This document shows positions 28,332 through 39,741 of a DNA stretch of 64,000 bases, one piece after another. A program made the position numbers and the translations under genes. The DNA is from Longimicrobiales bacterium (GTDB lineage Bacteria > Gemmatimonadota > Gemmatimonadetes > Longimicrobiales > Gaopeijiaceae). How positions within the stretch are numbered: position 1 is the stretch's first letter; each line of letters begins with the position of its first letter. Where the stretch lies: contig CBDBEC010000002.1 in NCBI GenBank assembly GCA_965204275.1, positions 1,981,489 to 2,045,488 of the forward strand, in the 5' to 3' direction. The notes under the pieces were generated by a model, which searched no databases, had not been told where the DNA came from, and saw nothing but the letters and a program-made list of their open reading frames with translations.

Positions 28332-28872
28332 AGTCCGGCGGCCGGGTCCCGGCGACCGCCTCCTCGAAGAGATCGCCGGGGAAGTCGGCCATGAGGTCTT
28401 CGAAGGCGTCCGCATCGCCGCCCAGCTCCACCACGCGGGGACTTCCGAGCGGCTCCGGCCCGCGCCGCACGACGCCCTCCATCACCCGCGGCAACCGGTC
28501 GAACGGCGCCACTCCCTCGTCGAGCAGCTGCGTGTCCAGGTAGAGTCCCCTGCCCGTGCGCGCCGCCGCGTAGCGCGCCGTTACCAGTCTGCGCGCACCC
28601 GCGCCGTCGAAGCACCCCGCCGCCACCAGTCCCCACTCGCGGCGACCCCGCACCAGCGGCGGGAAGATCCACAGGCGGTCGATGGCGGCGGGCCCGAGCC
28701 GTATCCCCACCTCCCGCAGGGTTCGGGGCAGAGCCTCCGGTACTCCGGGTCCCACGTCGGCTTCGGAGGCGGGGCGAGGTCTTGCGGGCGCTATCTGCAT
28801 TGCTGTGGCCACGATGGGGGTGTGGGCTCCCGCAGGGAGGGGCCCGGCACTACGGTTTGGTGTCAGCGTCAA
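28330..28872 (-). CDS. hypothetical protein
   Basis: ORF immediately upstream of the Fur-family gene on the same strand. No motif recognised; start uncertain. Confidence 0.4.
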   Translation of the reverse strand: MTLTPNRSAGPLPAGAHTPIVATAMQIAPARPRPASEADVGPGVPEALPRTLREVGIRLGPAAIDRLWIFPPLVRGRREWGLVAAGCFDGAGARRLVTARYAAARTGRGLYLDTQLLDEGVAPFDRLPRVMEGVVRRGPEPLGSPRVVELGGDADAFEDLMADFPGDLFEEAVAGTRPPD

Positions 28873-29007
28873 ATCTAGAGAATCCGGAAGGGCCGGTCAC
28901 CTGTCGGCTCGGGGGCTGCCGGCGCCCGTGGGCAACCCGGGTAAGACCGGGAGGTGCCCCGCCAACGGGTGCCGACAGGGATCTCCGCCTTGGGGCGGAC
29001 ATGTGAC

Positions 29008-30249
29008 TCAGCGTATCGGCACCTCAATCACGGATTCACCGATAGGCACCAGCCGACGCCCCACCACATGGGGCAAGCCCAGGTCGTCTTCCAGAATCCC
29101 CCAGACATGCGTGTCGGTGACATCCTGCACCGACAACCACTTCGGCACGAGCACGCGTTTGGGGGCGCGAGCCACATCATCTCTCCGCAGCGCGTAGAAC
29201 ACTCTCAGAGTGTCCAATTCCTCGAAGGTACTGAGCCAGACCTCGCCGGAGGCAGTGAGTGCGAGGTTGATTGCTCCCGGGAGATGGGCGGGTCTGTAGA
29301 GGGTCTCCTCCCAGGCCTTTCTCAACTCGAGGCCGGACACCCCGGGAAACGCCGTGCTCTCCAACTGGAGTTTCTCGGCTTCCGTCCTTGTCCTTTCCGG
29401 TGTCAGACGAATGGGCTCGAACTGCAGGTGCCGATGCCAGATCGTGTCCCCATCCGGGTTCATTTCGGTCAGCTCCACGACTCCGGGGCCTTGCGTGCGG
29501 CGCGCCACCACCGCCACGCCGGGACGAAACCCGCTCAGATCGTAGTCTCCGAAGAGCTGGCCGAAGAACGCGGTTCTGGACTTGACCGGCACCGCGTGCC
29601 AACGGTTCCTGTTGTTCATCCAGAAAACGGGCTCGGGAGGGAGCCAGTGTCCGCTGCCGGAACGCCGGGCACGCATGACGGGATAGCGTTCGACAAGCGA
29701 GTCCGTGGCGCTGGCCAACCAGGTTTGTGGAACCACGAAATACGCCTCGGCGACCGCAGTGGCTTCGACGGACACGGACAAGCCCTGGTAGGACGCCGTC
29801 GCCCTTGGTCCCGGCTCGGTCCGCGTCGGTACGCCGTCCGTCGAGTAGTACGTAAACCGTGATCCGTATCCCTCCCGGACGTAAAACCCGCCATCATCCT
29901 GGAAATGCAGGCGGGTTGGAAGCATGAACTCCCCGGGGCCATCTCCCGGCCTGCCGACGACGAAGATCAGTGAACCGTCGGGCGTCCAGGCGGAGACCTG
30001 TCGGTCGATCCGGTCGATCACGAAGACGCGGTCCCGGTTGGGATCGGCTCTGAGGTACACATGGGAGAACAGAACGCCCGTTTCGCTACCGCTTGTAAAC
30101 CGGTATTCCGGCTCGGTGATCCATGTCCTTGGGTTGGGATTCACCGGAACCGGTGCGTCGGTGTCACATGCGAGGCATAGGAGCGCGACGGGGGCGGCGG
30201 CACGGAGCCGCCGCCCCGGGAGCACCGGCACCGGCAACTCGTTCAACAT
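29008..30249 (-). CDS. lipoprotein, beta-propeller-like (6-bladed propeller/NHL-like), hypothetical
   Basis: Lipobox ALLCLAC. Repeated motifs such as DRVFVIDRIDRQVSAWTPDGSLIFVVGRPGDGPGEF are typical of 6-bladed propeller lipoproteins. GC is lower than in the core genes. Confidence 0.65.
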   Translation of the reverse strand: MLNELPVPVLPGRRLRAAAPVALLCLACDTDAPVPVNPNPRTWITEPEYRFTSGSETGVLFSHVYLRADPNRDRVFVIDRIDRQVSAWTPDGSLIFVVGRPGDGPGEFMLPTRLHFQDDGGFYVREGYGSRFTYYSTDGVPTRTEPGPRATASYQGLSVSVEATAVAEAYFVVPQTWLASATDSLVERYPVMRARRSGSGHWLPPEPVFWMNNRNRWHAVPVKSRTAFFGQLFGDYDLSGFRPGVAVVARRTQGPGVVELTEMNPDGDTIWHRHLQFEPIRLTPERTRTEAEKLQLESTAFPGVSGLELRKAWEETLYRPAHLPGAINLALTASGEVWLSTFEELDTLRVFYALRRDDVARAPKRVLVPKWLSVQDVTDTHVWGILEDDLGLPHVVGRRLVPIGESVIEVPIR

Positions 30250-30275
30250 CCTATCTGGCTAGCTGCTTTGCGGCG

Positions 30276-31269
30276 TTAGCCGGACGATCCTCCGTTGAAG
30301 TTGACCCTCAATCTGACGAGCGATGTTACGCCCAATACATCGTGCCGCGAGGCGAGGATGTCACCGTTGGAGCACTGGAACCAAGGCTGGTACATAACCC
30401 CGTCCGTCCTAGCTTCGGCCTCCAGGTCGCCGGCGGGACTGAAGAGCTGCCAGATGGTGTGGCGCAACTCTGGATCCTCGTTTCGAGTGGGTGATCACGT
30501 TCAAGATCGCCCCGTCGGCCATCAGGAACACACCCCTAGACTGCGGATACCAGACCCTGAACGTCGTATAGGAAACCCCGTTCTCGTCGGTCGTCTTGAG
30601 GAGCACATCGTCTCCCGGTGACTCAAGGAGGCCACTGACAGAAACGATCGTACGACCGCTCGCGGCGACCGATCCAGAGGTGGGTAGTTGGTACCGTACG
30701 ATCTCGTGGGGCGCCGCCCGCGAGTAGAGGAGGGATCCGTCCGGCAGCACGTCGAGCGCCCCACCCGTCCCGACGAACCGGGCCATCATGTCTTCGGCCT
30801 CCATGGCTTCGCCCCAGCTACGAAGATACCTCCCCAGTTCGTCGAATTGATGGATCGCGTGGCTATTGCCGAACACCCCTCCGCTCAATACGAAGCCGCC
30901 ACCTGGCAGCAAGGCGAATCCTCCGTCGCGAGCGACAAGGAAATCGTCACGCTTGTCTCCGTTCGGGGCCACAGCCAGCACCATTCCTGGTCTGGAACTC
31001 GCGATCCACACTGTCCCCAGCGGGCTCTCGGCTGCTCCCGTAATCCTCGTGAGCTCTTCGAGCCGTGTGTTGCCGTCAGCAACCCATACCTCGGTCACGG
31101 TTAGGCGATCCGTGCCCTGCGCATCTAGCTGAAGGTTGAGGGCCAGTAAAGCGAATCCGGCGAGCCCCGAAGCTCGCCGGATTCGCTGCAGCGCCAGAGC
31201 CTGTCCGGTACTCGACCGCCGCAGCCAGCGTTCCAGCTCCTCCCGCTGTCCGTCGCCGACCTCCGGCAC
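30276..31269 (-). pseudogene. beta-propeller-like protein with a probable frameshift near 30470-30490
   Basis: The ORF 30409-31269 ends ...ILNVITHSKRGSRV.... An adjacent frame continues plausibly as ...RNEDPELRHTIWQLFSPAGDLEAEARTDGVMYQPWFQCSNGDIL... to 30276. Confidence 0.45.
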
Positions 31270-31398
31270 CGCCCGCGTGTTGCGTGTGGTGATTCGCCAT
31301 GATGTCGCATCCTCCGGTTGCGGGGAAAGGGGTCGGATAAGGCGTTATCCTTATACCTACGCCAATGGTTATCCCGACGCCAGAGGGAGGAGTCGCCG

Positions 31399-32194
31399 AT
31401 GAGTGCAAGACGGGCTCGCCAACGAAGTCTTTTCGACACCGGGTATCCAGATCACGAGATGGGGCGAGGGTTGGCCACGATGTCGGCGGTTCTGGACCAG
31501 CACCCTGAGTTGAGTTAGTGGACTGGATCGCGGAAGATGTGGACCGGGGAGAGCGGTCGTCGATGGGGCGGGCCGAACTGCCCTGCCAGGTGATTCTGCG
31601 CTGCGGGATCCTCAAGCAGCTGTGGCAGTCCGACTACCGAGAACTGGAGTTTGTGCTCGCAGACTCCGCCTCGGCCAGGCGGTTCACGCGGATCAACCCC
31701 CTGCGGCCCCCGAAGCGCTCGGCGTTGCAGCGCTGCATCAGGGCCGTGCGGGCGGAGACATGGGAGCGGATCAACCGGGCCCTGCTGGGGACTGCGCGGG
31801 GCGACGAGATCGAGACGGGAAGCAAGGTGCGCATCGACGGTGCCCGCGGAGGAGAAGGTGTTGAGCCTGTTCGAGCCCCACACCGACATCATTCGCAAGG
31901 GCGGCCGCCCGGGTTCAGTACGGACACAAGGTGAACCTCGGCAGCGGGCCGAGCGGCCTGGTGCTCGACGCCGTGGTCGAGGCGGGCAATCCGCCGGACA
32001 GCATTCGGTGCCTGCCGATGATCGAGCGGCACTCGGAGATCTACGGGTCGCCGCCGGAGCAGGTGGCGTGCGACGGGGGCTACGCCAGCAAGGCGAACCT
32101 GGCGGAGGCGAAGGCCTTGGGGGGTGCGCGACGTGGTCTTCCACAAGAAGAAGGGCCTCAGAGCCACTGACATGGCGTGGTCACCGAAGGTCTA
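31399..32194 (+). pseudogene. ISNCY/ISKra4-like (DUF772-type) transposase, 5' part, decayed
   Basis: GGGAGGAG SD, then MSARRARQRSLFDTGYPDHEMGRGLATMSAVLDQHPEL. A stop or frame change occurs at ~31515 before VDWIAEDV...ILKQLWQSDYRELEFVLADSASARRF...TWERIN...VRID. There is an internal deletion, and frame changes near 31905 and 32125. The part ends ...KKKGLRATDMAWSPKV at the TA at 32193-32194. Confidence 0.7.
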
Positions 32195-32397
32195 GCAGCC
32201 CGTGGAAAAACCCTCACGGCATTCGAGCGGCGATGCATCCGCGCTGGAACGCTTCGCTTGGACTGTCTCGAACGTAATGTTAACATTACATTTGGTCAAC
32301 TACAGTATACATTCCTTCTCTCCAAAGCTCCGCTCTGCGTTGCTCCTCGGGCGAACAGCTCCGCCATTCACCTTTCGTCGCGCCTTGCCAGCCCGGC
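32194..32397 (+). mobile_element. MITE copy B, left 204 bp (split by the integrase element)
   Basis: Aligns with positions 1-203 of copy A, from the TIR AGCAGCCCGTGG... to ...TCGTCGCGCCTTGCCAGCCCGGC. Confidence 0.7.
32386..32397 (+). repeat. attL core TGCCAGCCCGGC
   Basis: The 12-bp sequence repeats exactly at 42709-42720. It occurs once, uninterrupted, in MITE copy A. Confidence 0.7.
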
Positions 32398-32607
32398 AGA
32401 GCACCTGAAGCCCAAATCACGGTAGGAAGTCACGTAAAGTCAACCAGGACTGCACGATCTGCGTTTCCTACCGTTGGACTGGACCCTGCTGGACCGTGCC
32501 GCGAAAGCGGGAAAACCGGACCTGAATGGCGAGACTCCAGAACATGGCCCGGTACGTTGCCTTATCGTTCTTAGCACCGACTCCCCGCTGGGGGAGGAGT
32601 ACCTGTG

Positions 32608-32727
32608 ATGACCAAGACCCAGATGTGTGACGGCTGCGGCCGCCGGATGCTTGATGGGCTTGCCCGATCCGCGAGGTCCGGCAGCGTGAACAGGCGGAAC
32701 TTGGTAGAAAACCGAGTCCAAGCCTAG
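32608..32727 (+). CDS. small CxxC protein (39 aa), candidate only
   Basis: GGGAGGAG lies 7-8 nt upstream of the ATG. Translation MTKTQMCDGCGRRMLDGLARSARSGSVNRRNLVENRVQA*. Below the ORF-track length cutoff. Confidence 0.3.
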   Translation: MTKTQMCDGCGRRMLDGLARSARSGSVNRRNLVENRVQA

Positions 32728-32905
32728 GGCCAGAGCGGCGCCGGGAGGCTATCCAGGCGTGGAATGAACCACCTGGGGGCTTTGAGTAGTCGGGTGCAGA
32801 GGCACGCATCCCGGTTTGATCCAGCTACCCTCATCCAATCTCGGCCTCCGGTGCCTAATGTCCGTGCATTTGACGAGAGCAGAAGGAAGTCTCCAGCTTC
32901 GTGCC

Positions 32906-33460
32906 ATGGAAACAGACTTGACACGGCGGAAGCCGATCAGGCGCTGGTTGAAGCGGGCAATCGACCTGCCCGGAACGCTGAGCCACCTCAGGGTGTGGGC
33001 CGCGTGTTTGTCCAAGGCTTGGGCATGGTTGCTGGTCGTCATGCCCGGTCCAGTGATCTTGCTCCGTAGCTGGCTGGTGGACCGGATTCTTGACGTCGTG
33101 GTCGTCGGATTGAGTTTCGTCGTGTCGGCGGCCGGGGTACTTCTGCTTCGATCACAGGCGAAGCGTCCGAACCCAGAAGTGGAACGTTTGAAGGCCTTGA
33201 CCCCTCGGATCCGAGAAGCACGGGACACGTTCCATGAGATGGGACCCAGTGGCGGCCAACGCTTCATTTCGCTGACTATCGAACTCGCCGCGCACTTGGA
33301 AGCGCTAGGCGTTCACTGTCCGGCGGAGCTGGGAACGGGCAACCGTGTCACGCAATGGGTTCGTTTCTTGGATAGGCTGCTACCGCTGGCCGAACTCGGA
33401 CGACTTGAAGAAGCTCGCGATCTGTGCGAGCCAGAGGCCAGTACTGCGCCCCGAGGCTAA
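32906..33460 (+). CDS. hypothetical membrane protein (two predicted TM helices plus a helical cytoplasmic tail)
   Basis: METDLTRRKPIRRWLKR..., then the hydrophobic stretches AWAWLLVVMPGPVILL and VVVVGLSFVVSAAGVLLL. Start chosen at an internal ATG. Confidence 0.5.
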   Translation: METDLTRRKPIRRWLKRAIDLPGTLSHLRVWAACLSKAWAWLLVVMPGPVILLRSWLVDRILDVVVVGLSFVVSAAGVLLLRSQAKRPNPEVERLKALTPRIREARDTFHEMGPSGGQRFISLTIELAAHLEALGVHCPAELGTGNRVTQWVRFLDRLLPLAELGRLEEARDLCEPEASTAPRG

Positions 33461-33736
33461 TCTGCGGCGTACCGTCAGGTTTCCCGTGAGGGATTGTGGA
33501 GGACGGGCGTGGCGACGCGGTGGAGGGACTGAGGCCGCACTGGCCCGTCCACGTCCGGTTGAAGGAATAGGTGGAGGTCGCCTACGCGTGTCGATCTGCT
33601 GGACCGGTGACGGGAGGTCATGCAAGCGTGGTGGGCTACCTCCGACAGTTGAGGGTGGCTGGCCCACCGCGTAGACCGCATCCAAGTGGCGGTCTCACCT
33701 GGTCCGACTCTCCCCCGTTGGCTAGCTTCCCGGCCA

Positions 33737-34483
33737 ATGATCACCCTCGGCGTCGACCTTGCATCTCAGCCGGAACGGACGGCCACCTGCCGGATCCGTT
33801 GGCGCGCACCGCCTCTGCGGCGACCGACTGTCGACGCACTCTCGAAGGGCGCCACGGATTCACGTCTCCTTGAGCTGTTCCGAGGATCAGATAAGATCGG
33901 AATCGATGCCCCGTTCGGATGGCCTGTGAGCTTCGTCCAAGCCATTCGCGGGTACTCGACCGCCACGGTTTGGCCAACCTGTGACGTTTCCGATCTGCGT
34001 TTCCGCCGAACGGACCGAATGGTCAGGGAGAGACTGGGTCGATGGCCTCTCAGTGTCTCGGCGGACCGGATCGCCATGACCGCGATGCGAGCTGCCCGTC
34101 TGCTGGCGAAAGTGGCTGAAGAGGGCGAAGTCATTGATCGGAGCGGAGGTGGCCGGTTCGTCGAAACCTACCCTGCCGTGGCCCTCTCGATATGGGGACT
34201 GCCCTCGAAGTGCTACAAAGGCGAAACGGAGGAGGCGACCGCAGTTCGGTTGGAGATCGTGGATGGCCTTGCCGAGAAGCTCGGCTCCGGGCTCATCCTC
34301 TCCGAAGAGGTTCGGCGCAAGTGTCTGGAGTCGGATGACATGCTCGATGCGCTCGTGGCCGCTCTGGTGGCTCGCGGGGCGGCACGTCGCCGCTGCCAAC
34401 CGGTTGCGCCTGACGACCGCCGTCTGGCCAACGAGGAAGGGTGGATCGCGTGCCCGCACGCGAATAGTCTTGAGAGGCTCTGA
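33737..34483 (+). CDS. DUF429-family protein (predicted RNase H-like nuclease)
   Basis: MITLGVDLAS..., IGIDAPFGWP, ...ETYPAVAL..., ...SDDMLDALVAALVA. This fits my recollection of DUF429 conserved blocks. Confidence 0.7.
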   Translation: MITLGVDLASQPERTATCRIRWRAPPLRRPTVDALSKGATDSRLLELFRGSDKIGIDAPFGWPVSFVQAIRGYSTATVWPTCDVSDLRFRRTDRMVRERLGRWPLSVSADRIAMTAMRAARLLAKVAEEGEVIDRSGGGRFVETYPAVALSIWGLPSKCYKGETEEATAVRLEIVDGLAEKLGSGLILSEEVRRKCLESDDMLDALVAALVARGAARRRCQPVAPDDRRLANEEGWIACPHANSLERL

Positions 34484-34779
34484 GGACGAGCAAAGCAGCC
34501 AAGGGACAGGTCCGCTTCGAGGTTCTTGACTCGCTCCTCGCACCGGATCCGGCCCTGTTCCCGCTCGTAGCCCTCGGCCCAGCGCGACAGCCGGTGCTTG
34601 CTGTTGCCCAGTTTCGCCGCTATCGCGGTCTCGCGACCGACCCGGTTGGTGGCCATTTCGACTCCGTTTGCCGAGGAGGGAAGAAAGGAAGAAGGGCTGC
34701 GACCCCTCGGCGCTCCACGAAAGGCTGCCGAAGCTGTAGCGCGACAATCAGGATGAGAAGCCAGCGACAATCAGGATGA

Positions 34780-37190
<2,411 letters not shown>

Positions 37191-37430
37191 AGCGCTCCAC
37201 AACGCGGGTCCCTCCCCCGAACGGGACCGAAGAGGCGGCAGAGATGGCCCTGAGAGGCCCGTGGAGCCGCCGGAAGGGTCACCGACGAACCCCTCGGAGC
37301 CTCTGACAACCCGAATCCCGGGGCCGGACGGCCCGAATCCGGAGCATCGGGGCGAACAGGGGGCGGGAAATGCGCCCGTCGAGGGCGCTTTGACGCACTC
37401 GGCCTACCGTTACCCCTCGGAAGAAGGCCA

Positions 37431-37479
37431 GCCGACGCTCCGGCCCGGCTCGCTACGCTCCCCGCGCCGGAGCGTCGGC
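37431..37479. repeat. 13-bp perfect inverted repeat GCCGACGCTCCGG-N23-CCGGAGCGTCGGC inside the IS21 3' region
   Basis: Read directly. It lies in the unusually long (~470 bp) stretch between the istB stop and the right terminal repeats. Confidence 0.6.
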
Positions 37480-37869
37480 CGAGCCACCCACCAACCCCCC
37501 GCAGCGCACCCCTCCCCACGTCCCCACCACCCCACCACCACCCCCCCCTCCCTTGCCCCAGCCCCCCAAACCCCTCATCATCTCCACACTCGAAGCGTCG
37601 CGGCCTCTTATTCTCACCTTGATTGTCGCAACGCTCTCATCTTGATTGTCGCCGCGCAGCCGAAGCCCAGTCGTCAACTCGGCGCGACGGCCCCTCCCGG
37701 CTGCGAGTGTCCGACCATCGTGGTCGACTTGGCCGGAGTCCCGGAGCCGCGAGGTGCGGCACCCCCATTGGCGCCCGGCTTCTCCCTGTTGTACCGTCTC
37801 AGGCTGAACAGCTTTCGAGGGCCTGCGAATGGCCCGGCTCCAATGTCCAGCCGAAGAAAGGGGATCACG

Positions 37870-38304
37870 ATGTCCCATTTGTCCTTCACGCTCGTAGGCC
37901 TGTTTCTTCTGAGCTTGGTTCTGGAAGCTCACCAGGAACCGACCGAGGTCAAGCAGGAACGGCAGCATCCATCCATCCAAGAAGCCTACGCGCAGGTGGT
38001 CTACTGCGAGGTCTTGGAAAACGAAGCGATCATGGCCGCTGACTCAAGCTGGACAGAAATCCGCTTCACAGTACCTCTCGCGACCGAGGAGGGGGTTGAG
38101 AAGATGCGCAGCCACAACGAGCTTCTGGTCACGCTGGAAGATGCGCGAATGGCAAACCGAGCCGCCGTAGCGCGGCTTACCGGGCTGTTGGAAAAGGAAG
38201 GCCTGATAGAATTTGGTTTGACTGAGGAACTTGATCCAGAGAACTGCGAATCGCGCCGGGGGGGCCTAAGACCCGCCCGCCGTCTTCGGCCAACGGCACG
38301 GTGA
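37870..38304 (+). CDS. small secreted hypothetical protein (144 aa)
   Basis: AAAGGGG SD-like. Signal-like MSHLSFTLVGLFLLSLVLEA. Lower GC. No family recognised. Confidence 0.5.
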   Translation: MSHLSFTLVGLFLLSLVLEAHQEPTEVKQERQHPSIQEAYAQVVYCEVLENEAIMAADSSWTEIRFTVPLATEEGVEKMRSHNELLVTLEDARMANRAAVARLTGLLEKEGLIEFGLTEELDPENCESRRGGLRPARRLRPTAR

Positions 38305-38566
38305 GGGCCTCGGAGGGCCCGTTTCCGGGGGGTGGACGCACATTTCGGGGTACATACGGGCGGTAGAATCGCCTCAGAGCGACGATCGCCGGTCCCCGAG
38401 GGGTATGGGTAGGCCGGAATTCGATCGCGCAACAGGAGCGCCGGGGATACGTCGTCGTCGTGCCAGAGGCTGGCGACCGGGAGGCCGATGGGCTTGCCCG
38501 CGACGGCCCTGTGGGACGCTGTTCCGGGCCGTGTCCTGAAAGGCCGTTTCGGCGGCTCCGCCGGGG

Positions 38567-38598
38567 GCTGGCTTGTCCCTTAAGGTAGACAAGCCAGC
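38567..38598. repeat. 11-bp perfect palindrome arms GCTGGCTTGTC-N10-GACAAGCCAGC with an AT-rich loop (CCTTAAGGTA)
   Basis: Read directly. Sits in the ORF-poor stretch 38305-39240. Confidence 0.6.
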
Positions 38599-39255
38599 TT
38601 ACTCCTTGGGGCCACACTCCGTGCGTCCCCTGCGGAGGCTGGCGGGGGGCCGCGCCCCCTCTGACCCCGCGGTTTTCCGGCCCGTCGCCGGGGCCGCGGC
38701 CGAGCGCTTCCCCTCCGTGGCCGACGGTCCGGCCGACGCGATCCTGGCCGGACCCGCCAGCCGCGAACTCGGTCACGACCGGCGAGGCCGTCAGGATCCG
38801 CCCGTGGGCGAGTCCCTGGCCGACCGGGTGGCCGGAGCCGTATCAAGCCCGGAAACCCACTCTCACGGCGATTCTGGGCGTTTTGGGGGTGGTCTGGCGG
38901 AATCCGAGGCCACAGAATCGCCTGTAACGCACGAACTCGACCCCCGGAGGGGTAGGAGTACCCCCGGTTTCGGACCTCCGGCAAAGAACTCGACATCCTC
39001 CCGGTGGATGATCGAGCCACGGAAACGGGTATGGGCGCGTCCTCGATGGCCTAACGGCCGGCGGTGGCCGGATGGCCCGCGCGCGCAATCTGACCGGCGA
39101 TCCTGCCCCGGCGCTCCGCGCCCTTTTCGGGCACGACGCCGAACCGGGACATCTCCGTGCCGGTTGACATGGCGCGCGGATGTCGTTCGGGGGTCCGGGG
39201 GCACCCCCCGGCCAGAGGTTTTCGTGAAGCGAAAACACATCTGGCTCCTCCGAAA

Positions 39256-39271
39256 CCCCGCGAACGCGGGG
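39256..39271 (-). terminator. duplicate copy of the same hairpin in repeat unit 1
   Basis: Identical sequence, 342 bp away. Confidence 0.3.
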
Positions 39272-39597
39272 ACCAATAACGCGGACCGCGTCAAGCCAGC
39301 GACGGCGGCTGCCCCGCAAGCCATGATCGCGCCCTCGGCGCGCGTCCCACTCGGCATTCGGCGCGGTGGAGGACGCTGGCTAGCAGCTTTCCGACCGAAC
39401 TACAAGAAGCGAACGCAGAAGTCGCAAGCGCGACCGAAACGGACTTGCTCCTCCACCTTCTTGCAATGTCCGCAACCGTGCCTGCCAAAGAACCACAGCG
39501 CTGGATCAAGGGCCGCGCATGTGCCCTTGATTCCGGCTGGTCCTACGATGTCTGCCTCCGATACGGCATTCCGCCAAGTCTGCTGGCTCCTCCGAAA

Positions 39598-39613
39598 CCC
39601 CGCGAACGCGGGG
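39598..39613 (-). terminator. candidate intrinsic terminator hairpin CCCCGCG-TT-CGCGGGG followed by TTTCGG (minus strand)
   Basis: 129 nt downstream of the stop at 39742. The T-tract is short, so this is weak. Confidence 0.35.
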
Positions 39614-39741
39614 ACCAATAACGCGGACCGCGTCAAGCCAGCGACGGCGGCTGCCCCGCAAGCCATGATCGCGCCCTCGGCGCGCGTCCCACTCGGCATT
39701 CGGCGCGGTGGAGGACGCTGGCTAGCAGCTTTCCGACCGAA

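Noticed and set aside
31320-31350. The shared 9-mer GGATAAGGC between the region left of the degraded transposase and the MITE terminus, as evidence of relatedness
   Set aside because: A single 9-mer match is expected by chance in 64 kb on both strands, and there is no extended similarity.
32386-32397. tRNA/tmRNA gene as the integration target of the integrase element
   Set aside because: No cloverleaf or T-loop (GTTCGAATC-like) sequence occurs near either junction. The flanks instead align with the MITE copy at 22102-22349.
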